From NCBI GenBank assembly GCA_043806015.1, contig JAZDHH010000008.1, positions 37,695-101,694 of the forward strand: a stretch of 64,000 bases of DNA, written 5' to 3'. The stretch is from Nanobdellota archaeon. GTDB lineage: Archaea > Nanobdellota > Nanobdellia > Woesearchaeales > JAHIVG01. The position numbers and the translations under genes are program-made. Shown piece by piece: positions 25,112 to 35,100 of this stretch (position 1 is the first letter of the stretch; each line of letters opens with the position of its first letter). The notes under the pieces are model-generated. The model was not told where the DNA came from. It searched no databases and saw only the letters and a list, made by a program, of their open reading frames with translations.

Positions 25112-28100
25112 ATGGGGGGATCATTAACTGCTGCGGTTTTAGTTTCATTACTCGGCTTCTTTTTCTTCCAGGGCATGCTGATGGCTACTGCTGAGGACAT
25201 ACCTGTTTCCTTCGTTCCACAAGAGGGCGCAATCTACCGGGTGAGTGCAATCGATCATTCGAATCCTCGCTCGGTAAAAGCACCCACTTTCTTGGCATCC
25301 ATGCCTGCGGAGAGGCTCATGACGCTCCCCCAAGGAGTCTATATGCTGGAGCGAGAGGGTCCGGCTGGTGAACGGACGCTGGTGCGAAAGGAAGGAGAGA
25401 ACGACTTCCGCGTTTATGTCTATTTTAAACTTCTTTATGACAGCTATACGACCTATGGGTACGAAGAAGGCACCGTCTGGGAAGGGGGCAACATCCAATA
25501 CCAGTGCGAAGGCCCCTATGGAGGCAACTGCGATACCTACGAGGTCATGTGCGTCGATTATTACGAGGATTACCAATTCGACGAGTGCTGGGGGCGGACT
25601 AGCACGTTGATGAATGCGTGCAAGAACAAAATAACTGAGATATACGATCTGTGTTCATCCCAATCGTGGATGTGCCATTCAAGCGGGGTATCATCCTCGC
25701 ACTGGTTTGACAGTGCGGTATTGGAAAGCGCGGCAACCTTCGGGAATACGATGTATGTTTTCTATAATTGCACTACCCCCACGGCGCGTTGGTACAGCGA
25801 CTATCAAGGGGTCAATGTCATCGACAGGATCAGGTCATATACCGGATACAACCAAAACAGGTGGGAAGTGAGGGGAAGGACAGACTCTTACCACTATATT
25901 GATGAGATGACTTGCGAATCCGGGAAGGTTCGCGATGATAGTATCGTTGGCTACATATCGTATGATGACGATTATCGATATGAGAACGATTATCCCCATT
26001 ATCCTTGCCGTCTTTCAGACGGCCAGCAATGCACGCAGGGCAGCGAATGCCTGACCGGCCATTTCTGTGCCTGCGGCAAATGTAACACGACCACCGTCTG
26101 CTGCGGCAACAGCATCTGCGATGGCGGCGAGAACTACTCGAGCTGCCCTCAAGACTGCCCGAACCCTTGCCCCTACCCGAACGGGACCTCTGAGGACTGC
26201 GAGTGCGACTCTGACCCGGACTGCACGCCCTACGGCGACATGTACTGCCATCAGCAGTCAGGCTGGGATCCTTGCTTGCCGGTCATCCACACAAACGAGT
26301 GCCAGAGCGCCGGAACCTTCTTCTGCGAGAACGGCTGGGTGAAGAAGTGCGTCTCCCAGGGAAGCTACAACGTCAAGGTGCCAATCGAAGATTGCAATGG
26401 CCGCTATAAGTACTGCGATCCCCTGGTCGTGGACGGTGGCAACTGCTCGACAACGCAGCATGATGTCTGGATTGACTACGCCGATACGGGAGTAAAGGTG
26501 AACAAGCAAGCAGGTGATATTATTGAAATGAATATCTTTTTGCAGGCTACTGGGTCTGTGAACGTGCAGTACGATACTGACACCTTCTCCTCTGAATGCT
26601 TCGGTCAAAGGAACCTGCCGGCAGGGACATGGACATGCTCCTTCACTGTTCAGGAGGATGCACAACCCGGCATTTACACTCTTTGGGCGGATGACAAGCC
26701 CGCAATGGTCGAGGTTATAAGTTCGCCAGACTTCCTGGTCGTGACGCATTCAGAGAACCTTCGAAAGCATTACCCGAACGAGCAGGCCGGCGTCGACGCT
26801 GTCCTGAAGCAGGCGTACTGGAATGCGGTAGATAGGGGCGTTGTGTATGACCTCGCGCTGTACGATCTGGGAGTCGTTCATCCCTTCTCTTTGTATGGTG
26901 ATTACCATGAGAAACTCTCAGCTCCGACCTTTATGGACAATCTCTATGCCGTTCGAGTCTCTGAGTTTGTTGTGTCTCATTGCCAATCGTGTAGAGAGAT
27001 TATGGTGATAGGAGATGATTTTGTTCTTCCTTCTTATCGTTCCATAGCACCGGTGAGCAAGGGTTTGTCGCTTTTTGGGATTACGAATATTTTTGAAAGG
27101 CAAGAGGATGTCCCTATCTACACTGACGCATCCTTGATACCTCGAAACGTCAATACGCTTCAATTCAAGGACATGCCGTATGTATTCGCTCATTACAATT
27201 ACAAACATCACAGGCTCGAGGAAAAGACCGTTGTCTTCATCATTCCGGAGGCCGCATCGGCCGATTTATTACTTGCTATAAGAGACTTAGAAAATACTAT
27301 TGAAACGAAATATAACGCCTCAATCGAAGAAAAGCAATCATCCGCCATCCGGTGTGATTCTTTAGAATATTTTGATACCTTGCGCACGGCAACGCCGGTG
27401 ATTATCGGTGATCGTGAACATAACCAGGCCTTTTCCTGTTATCCTTTCCTTGACTTTTTATCGAATTCGGTCTCACTGGAGCTTAATGTCTGGGACAGCG
27501 ACGAGCCTGCGGTATTGATAACTTCTATGAATCCGAATATCACGGCGAATTTTAATTTGATGGTTCAAGATGACATCGTCGATTATATTGCGGCAAGAAG
27601 CATGACAATGACCGATAAGCTTCTTATGGTCGGGGGGGCAGTCGCGATTGGTGGAACCATTGTCGCTGCTGCCGCAGGGGCGCCCGTTATTGCCGCAGGC
27701 GCAGGCATCGTGGCCATTGTTGCTGCAGGGACGAGTGTAAGCAATGAATGCATCATAAAAAATGAGGGTGGGCGCAACTGGGTGATGTGCGCCGTGGATG
27801 TTGGAGTCAACGCGGCAGGGGGATTGTTAGGAAAAGGGGTCGCGAAAGTCGCATTCTGGGCAAAGGAACGGTTCATCGCAATAGGGGGTGATGCCGCCGT
27901 CAGGCTGATGACGAAATATTCAGATGATGTCATCCTTAATCTAAAAAAACTGATGACCTCTCACTGGGGCGGAGAGCGCTATGAGGCGTTTATGAATTTT
28001 TTACGACGGTATCGTGAAATGAGCGATATTGCAGATGATTTTTACAAATATGTGGCCAGATATAATGGTTTTGAGAAACAGACGTTAAAAGAATTTGAGA

Positions 28101-28576
28101 TATTAGATGAATATGTAGATTATTACCCCACTCAGAATCCTTTTAAAAATTCTGTAAGCGATTTCGATTTGGTCGGCGCATTCGAGTCCCCAAATACGCG
28201 GATTTTAATTAACGGTCATTCGATCGATGAATCAGCAAGATTGCTTGAAGGGAATGTTCTTACTAATCGTGGATGGAGACATATTGTTGCCGATCATGTT
28301 GGACTTGCACATACACCTGGAAAAACTGCGTTTATCAAGATTGTTGAAGGTCAAGAAGAATACATGAATGAACAAGAGGTTATGGATTTAATAAAGAGTG
28401 CATTAAAAACTGGGTGGGAAGATACTTTAAATAATAATGACCCTGAAAATGTTAAATTAATCGTTCTGACATTACCTGAAGGATCCTATAGGCGAGGTAT
28501 TCGAGTGATTGTTGATAAGAACGATGGTGAAGTTATTTCAGCATATTTGACAAATCAGATTCAGGATGCACCATGA
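25112..28576 (+). CDS. Large secreted Cys-rich protein with a Gly/Ala-zipper hydrophobic segment and a low-GC C-terminal toxin-like module (polymorphic-toxin architecture)
   Basis: The signal is MGGSLTAAVLVSLLGFFFFQGMLMATA. A Cys-rich region includes CGNSICDGGENYSSCPQDCP. GGAVAIGGTIVAAAAGAPVIAAGAGIVAIVAAG lies at nt ~27630-27730. The final ~230 aa are encoded by ~33% GC DNA and end ...GWRHIVADHVG...RGIRVIVDKNDGEVISAY. Confidence 0.8.
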   Translation: MGGSLTAAVLVSLLGFFFFQGMLMATAEDIPVSFVPQEGAIYRVSAIDHSNPRSVKAPTFLASMPAERLMTLPQGVYMLEREGPAGERTLVRKEGENDFRVYVYFKLLYDSYTTYGYEEGTVWEGGNIQYQCEGPYGGNCDTYEVMCVDYYEDYQFDECWGRTSTLMNACKNKITEIYDLCSSQSWMCHSSGVSSSHWFDSAVLESAATFGNTMYVFYNCTTPTARWYSDYQGVNVIDRIRSYTGYNQNRWEVRGRTDSYHYIDEMTCESGKVRDDSIVGYISYDDDYRYENDYPHYPCRLSDGQQCTQGSECLTGHFCACGKCNTTTVCCGNSICDGGENYSSCPQDCPNPCPYPNGTSEDCECDSDPDCTPYGDMYCHQQSGWDPCLPVIHTNECQSAGTFFCENGWVKKCVSQGSYNVKVPIEDCNGRYKYCDPLVVDGGNCSTTQHDVWIDYADTGVKVNKQAGDIIEMNIFLQATGSVNVQYDTDTFSSECFGQRNLPAGTWTCSFTVQEDAQPGIYTLWADDKPAMVEVISSPDFLVVTHSENLRKHYPNEQAGVDAVLKQAYWNAVDRGVVYDLALYDLGVVHPFSLYGDYHEKLSAPTFMDNLYAVRVSEFVVSHCQSCREIMVIGDDFVLPSYRSIAPVSKGLSLFGITNIFERQEDVPIYTDASLIPRNVNTLQFKDMPYVFAHYNYKHHRLEEKTVVFIIPEAASADLLLAIRDLENTIETKYNASIEEKQSSAIRCDSLEYFDTLRTATPVIIGDREHNQAFSCYPFLDFLSNSVSLELNVWDSDEPAVLITSMNPNITANFNLMVQDDIVDYIAARSMTMTDKLLMVGGAVAIGGTIVAAAAGAPVIAAGAGIVAIVAAGTSVSNECIIKNEGGRNWVMCAVDVGVNAAGGLLGKGVAKVAFWAKERFIAIGGDAAVRLMTKYSDDVILNLKKLMTSHWGGERYEAFMNFLRRYREMSDIADDFYKYVARYNGFEKQTLKEFEILDEYVDYYPTQNPFKNSVSDFDLVGAFESPNTRILINGHSIDESARLLEGNVLTNRGWRHIVADHVGLAHTPGKTAFIKIVEGQEEYMNEQEVMDLIKSALKTGWEDTLNNNDPENVKLIVLTLPEGSYRRGIRVIVDKNDGEVISAYLTNQIQDAP

Positions 28577-29130
28577 TACATATTGATAAATTTGGCTTGA
28601 CAGTAATCCAATATAATAAATTTGGACTTAAGAATGAGAAAGAGTATCTTCGGATATGTAAGAATCCCTTGCAGGAAAGTGATGTTACTTACACATATTA
28701 TTTTGACAACGTGAATATCAAAAATAGCGGTGATTTTTTTACAAGTGTCCATACGGTTTTAAACGATCTTGCTTCTTCTGAAAAAGATGAATATTTTTGG
28801 TTTGATGACGGTGGCGAACATTTTCTATATATTCAGGTTAGTGGCTCGAATGTCAGAATTTTTGTAAATAATGATAATCAACATTCTGAACTTGGAGTTA
28901 CAACCAGCAGAAATGGGAATAATATGAAATATTGTGCAGAATTTATAATGGAGAAAAATATTTTTTATCTTCAACTCATCTTGGCTTTTAATAGTATATT
29001 AAAACGCTTTGAATTACCGCTAAAAGAACAAATATTGAATTCAAAAGAGCATCAACATTTTTTACAATATATTCTAAAAAAAAGGGCGATCTGCAAAGAA
29101 TTATTGGTGAAATATAAGCATGTCCTCTAA
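28573..29130 (+). CDS. Small cytoplasmic protein, candidate immunity protein for the upstream toxin-like module
   Basis: 185 aa with no signal or TM. There is an ATGA start/stop overlap with the upstream gene (28573-28576). It shares the low GC of the toxin-like tail and overlaps the next gene's start by 11 nt. Confidence 0.6.
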   Translation: MIHIDKFGLTVIQYNKFGLKNEKEYLRICKNPLQESDVTYTYYFDNVNIKNSGDFFTSVHTVLNDLASSEKDEYFWFDDGGEHFLYIQVSGSNVRIFVNNDNQHSELGVTTSRNGNNMKYCAEFIMEKNIFYLQLILAFNSILKRFELPLKEQILNSKEHQHFLQYILKKRAICKELLVKYKHVL

Positions 29131-32100
29131 AATTTGGATCATTTGGATAATTGGATTGCTCTTATTAAGCTCAGTAATCGCTTTTTCCAACGAAACCGCC
29201 GGTGTCGCCCGCATCGTCGGAGAGTCGCCCACCGAGATGCTCCGTCAGATGAAGCGGACTGATCTCAACATCAATGACGCATCCTATTATACAATTGACA
29301 TGCAGACCGGGTATACCAAATACCAGATTCTCAATGAGCAATTCAATACGCGGTTAAGGAGCAATAGCAACCTGCTTCCCCAAGGCCAGAGCGCACTTTC
29401 ATGGCCAACCGTATCCTCTGCCATGCAGAATCTGAATCGCAATGAATTAGTGATCCTTGAGAGCGGTGGAGACATCCCTCCCTTACGAGCATATGATAAC
29501 CTGTTCGCGCCTTTTTATTATCGCCCGCTTTATCCACAAGATGTTACTCCTTGGCAGACTAGTGTTGAACAGAACAACCCGCTCATTCTTTTTGATGGGC
29601 CATATACGGGGGGATATCTGCCCAAAGAGGATTCCTTTGTCTCCCGCCTTGTCCGCGACTCAACGATCATCGCGCCGACCGCGTTTCATTCTCCTCAATT
29701 CACGAAATCTTTCTTGTGCTCGATTTGGGATGGGAAGACAATCGGAGAGGTATTTAGGGATGCGAGAAATTTCCATTATGAAGGTGGTTCGACTTCCGGA
29801 AGGGACAATCTCATCGGTCTCGTGCTTCAGTCCTACATGTTGTATGGCAACCCCCTTCAAAAAATTCACATTGGATGGACGGCAACAGATCGACAGCAAA
29901 TAAAGGACCTATGTGAGAATGATCATCAAAATCTTGCACCAGATATTGAATTTTTAGAGAATGTCGACGGCAATCCCAAATTCCGAAAGCATTTACTTTT
30001 CCAAATCCCAGAAGTAAACGTCTTATCTTATAATGGAAGTTCAATAATCAATGCATCTAATACGTACCAACGGATGGAAATCGGAGAATTGATCCTTCCG
30101 ATGGCAACCAGGACAACTCATTTTCCGCTCCGGACATTAATAACCAATTATTCGATTGTCAGCATCGGAGATCCCTTAGAGATGAATGTGCCTAATCTAA
30201 CTGATTATCCCATCTACGGGTCTCGATCTTGTCTCCCGAATAGTGAAAACGTATCTATCGATATTCAATTAGATCGTGCAGAAAATGGCATGGACGCCAT
30301 TTTTTCCTTTTTCCCGGTCAAGGTTGTCAATTGCACATCCGGCTCGGTCATCTTGTATCGAGAATTTAATTATACGATTGATTACATAACCTTCAGTCCA
30401 ACCTACATCAAAGAGCTCACGTTTCCATCGGACGTGAGAAAAAATGAGAAAATTGATCTATTCATCCAATTGATGCCTGTCTCGATTAATTTAACTAATA
30501 TTTCAATCGTAATTAAGGATAAAAACGATTCATTTCAATGGTTGGTAGAGACCAACTCCACCATCACCTCACTCAACGCCTCCTTCTTCGCCCCGTTGCA
30601 GGAAGGCCTGCAGGAATACTCCGTCGAGATCATCGACGGCAACGACACGGTCAGCTACTATCCCTTCCAGGTGTATGTCACCGTGCTCGAGCTTTCCGCC
30701 GGCATCCCGGTCACCACGCCGCCCAGCCCGGTCATCAACCTCTCGTTCCAGTCCTACCACAACGAGACCTTCGCGCTGAACGCGTCCTACTACCTGCTCA
30801 AGAACCGCACCATCCTCGCCCAGGGATCCTTTGACCAGATGATCGCCCCAGGTCAGAACCTGCATCTGCTGTCCTTCACCGGCCTCAACAAGGGCAACCA
30901 GAGCTATGATCTCCTGGTCGAGACTGCCTACCTCGGCGAGCGGCAGTCCCAGACCTTTCTCCTCACCACCAACAACCCGCCGCTTCTCTACCTGGTGGCA
31001 GATGCCATTGAAGAATCGCAAATGGCGCTTGTAAACGTCTCTGCCATTGACCCGGACGCTGACCCTGTCGCCCTTGCCATCAACGACTCCCGCTTCCAGC
31101 GCATTGCCGACAATTTCGTCTGGCAGACCGGATACCATGACGCCGGCTCCTATGATGTCATGATCTCGGCTTTTGACGGCCTACTGATGACCAATCGGAG
31201 CATCACCGTCCAGGTGGCAGAAAAGCTGTGGTGCAACGACACTGTCACCGGCTTCCAAGTGCTCGACCATAACATCGGGAACTGCTCTTCGCTCGGCATC
31301 ATCCTGGGAGAGAACGCCTCGCTGTATTGCGACGGCGTCAATATTTCGGGCACCGGCAGCGGCACCGGCATCTGGGTAGCAGGCAGCCACGCGACCGTGG
31401 CCGGCTGTACGATTACGCAGTTCGGAACGGGCATGCTTCTTCAAGGCTCTAACGGCTCGTTCGGCGGCAATGCCTTCCTCAGCAACCAGCTCGGCATCAG
31501 GGTCAATGGCTCCTGGAACACGATATATCAAAACACCTTCACCAACCAGAAGAACGCGAACGAGACCTTGAGCAATAACGCTTGGAACCTCTCCCTCACC
31601 GGCAACAACTGGTCTGACTTCCCTCAGAACCCCGGCTTCCCCTACCGGTATGAGGTCCCCGGCCCTGGCGACGGCGTCGACTGGCACCCCATCTATAACT
31701 CCACCAATCACCCTCCTGTCATGTCCAACCTGACGAACCAGTCTTTCCCAGAGAACCAGACGCTGATCATCGACGTGAATGCGACAGATCCCGATAATGA
31801 CACGCTGACATTCGGGACGAACGCGTCGCTCGCCCTTCCGAGCCCTTCGTCCTTCAATTCGAGCACCGGGCTCTTCCGGTGGACAACGACCTTCAACGAT
31901 TCGGGAAGCTATGTTGTCTCTTTTAATGTCACCGACGGGATGTTCAGCGACAGGAAGACCATCACCATCACCGTCACGAATGTCAATCGTCCGCCTGTCC
32001 TCGCGTCGATGCAGAACTACACCCTCACCGAGAACCAGACGCTGCTCGTCGACGCGAACGCCACCGACCCGGACAACCAATCGCTGGCCTTCTCCCTCCT

Positions 32101-35100
32101 GGCGCCGCCCACGAACATGACGATCAACAGCTCGACCGGCCTCATCCGATGGACGCCGGGCTTGAGCCAGGCCGGCAACTATACGATCACGGTCCGGGTG
32201 ACGGACGGGCTCCTCAATGACACAAAGCAATTTATGATCACTGTCCAGAATTACCTCTCTTGCGGAGATTCCATCTCCCAGAGCACGATATTGACCCGGG
32301 ACCTGAATTGTCCAGGCCGGGGCCTGACGGTCATAAGCGCGAACGTGGACCTGGACTGCCAGGGCCATGCCATCCGAGGCTCGAACCTGGATGACGGCGT
32401 CTGGATCCAGGACCTGGCCAATGTGACGGTCAGGAATTGCGAGGTATCCGGTTTCCTTGAAGGTGTCTTCTGGTACGGTGGCTCCGGCTACAGGCTCCTG
32501 GACAGCTACCTCCATAACAACATCTATGTCGACCTGCGGGTGAACGGAGTGAGTGTTTCGGGTGTGTCAGGGAACCGGTTGGCAGCTTCCCAGCGAGGCA
32601 TCCATCTTGGCAATTTGGGCAGTATGGACTCGACGAGGATCAACATCACGAATAACACCATCTCCGCAAACGAATGGGGCATCGAATCCCAGGACGCCGT
32701 GAACAACACCATCTGGAACAACACCTTCCTGAACAACCTTGTCCAGGCGGTCTCGACGTACCAGAACGACTGGAACAGGACGGTCGGGAATTATTGGTCT
32801 GATTTCCCGAATAACACCGGCTACCCCCTGCGCTATGAGATCGGCGGGGGCGGCACCGGCATGGGGGGCGTCGATTACGCCCCTATCTGGGTCTTCGCCC
32901 CGCCGCAGGTCACCAACCTCTCGGCAATCCCCAACCCGGTCGGCCAAGACAGGCCCTTGAACCTTTCCGCGACCGTCTTATCGCCTCTGCCCTTGAGCGT
33001 TGTGTTCGAGATCGACCACCTGATGAACCTCTCCACGCGCAACATGAGCTCACGGTACATGAACCTGAGCCCTGCCACCTATCCGCTGGGGAACCACACC
33101 TTCAGGGTCATCGCCAGGGATTATCGCAATCAGACGAATGCCTCGGAATCCATGGTTTTCACGGTGCGGGATGTGACGCCTCCCCGGGTCACGAACCTGA
33201 CCGCCATCCCGAACCCGGTCGTGCAGTACCTGCCGATCAACCTCAGCGCCAGGGTCACTGACCAGAACAACGTGAGCGCGGTCCTCTTCGAGATCGATGG
33301 CCTGAAGAACCTCACCGGCTCCAGGGTCAACGATGTCTACTTCACCCTGCAGGCGAACACGAGCGTCCCTGGAGCGCATGCCTTCCGGGTGATCGCCAAC
33401 GACTCGCAGAACAACATCAACCGGAGCGAGCTTTCGACGTACAATGTGACCGCAGGGAATCGCCCGCCGTCGATCAATTCCTCGCCGGTCACGGTTGCGA
33501 CAGAGACCTTCATCTACCTCTATGACGTCAATGCCTCTGATCCTGATAACAACACGCTGTCCTATGCGCTGGCCCAGTTCCCGCAGAACATGACGATCAA
33601 CAGCTCGACCGGCCTCATCCGATGGATGCCGGGCTTGAGCCAGGCAGGCCTGTACAACATCACCGTTGTCGTGACCGACGGCCAGCTGAACGCCAGCCAG
33701 GACTACCTGCTCACTGTTCAGAACTTCCTCTGGTGCGGTGACTCTATCCTGGGGAACCTGACGCTCGGCCATGACATCGGCCCCTGCGACCGGGGATTGG
33801 TCATCGCGGCAAACAACCTGCTCTTCAACTGCTCCCGCCATCGCATCTTCGGCAGAGGGAATGGGACTGCCATCGCCATCGTCAACAGGACCGGCGTGCA
33901 GGTAACGGACTGCCTCGTGGACACGTTCGCTTACGGCATCGCCGCCAACGGGACCAATCTCAGCGCATTCACTCGGAATCGCCTTTTCAACCACTCGCAA
34001 GGAGCCTTGATGCTCAACGGGAAAGGCCTCCGGGTTTCCGCGAACAATATCTCTGAGGCGAATTGGGGAATCATCCTGGACACGGGCCGCGAGGCTGCTG
34101 TCGAGGACAATGCCATCGATTTCGCGGATTACGGGATCCTTACCTTTGTCCAGAGCGCCTCGAACATCTCGCGGAATAACATCTCTCACGCAGCGGCGGG
34201 CATCTTGCTCTACGGTTCCTCCTTCCTGATCGTGGCGCAGAACAGGGTCATGGACAGCAGCGAGGGGCTGTTCGGTTACGGCTTGAGCAACGGACGCCTC
34301 GAGATGAACAGGCTCACGGGGAATGCCCAAGGGATGGTCCTTGATGGGGCAATCTCCTGGATGAATATCACCAACAATACGCTCATCGGAGGGTACACGG
34401 GCATTTTCTTTTACGACACCATGAACAGCCGGGTGACTGGGAACAACATCACCGGCCAGGTCGTCGGGCTATTCATGAACGCGTCGAGCCAGAACACCGT
34501 CGCCCAGAACGCCTTCAGCGCGGCGGTGAACGCGAACGAGACCGCGGATTCGCTGAACAACAGGTGGAACACAAGCATCGGCAACCAATGGAGCGATTTC
34601 CCGCAGAATCCCGGGTATCCTCTCACCTATATCGTGCCGGGCCCGGGCAATGGCGTCGACTATCGGCCCGTCGGCCAGAATCACCCGCCTGTCCTCGCGC
34701 CGATCCCGAATCGCACCGTCAATGAGTCCGAGACTCTCGTGCTCGACATCAACGCCACGGACGAGGACAACCAGACTCTCGTCTTCGGGACCGATGCCTC
34801 GGCTGTCTTACCCGGGGCAGTGCAGTTCAATTCCACGACCGGGATCCTCGTCTGGACGCCGGCTCAGGGCGACGCCGGGACTTATGTCGTGCTGTTCAAT
34901 GTCACTGACGGGATCCTCGCGGACAATGGCACTTCCTGGATAACGGTCGTGGAGGACAACCTTCCGCCTACGCAGGGGGACCCGGTATTGGTGTCCGAGT
35001 TCGGCTCCAACCTAACGGAGGAGAACCTCATATGCATGAACCAGAGTACCCTGGATCCTGAAGGCGGCAGGGTCGAGAACGTCTTCAATTGGATGCGGGT

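Noticed and set aside
29400-29900. Gingipain/C25-like peptidase domain at the N-terminus of the 3342-aa protein, with a similar thought for aa ~560-700 of the 1154-aa protein
   Set aside because: Only a vague resemblance was seen (...YMLYGNPLQKI, resembling the Y.L.GDP ending of C25 catalytic domains). No catalytic His/Cys context can be identified by eye, so it is left unannotated pending a profile search.
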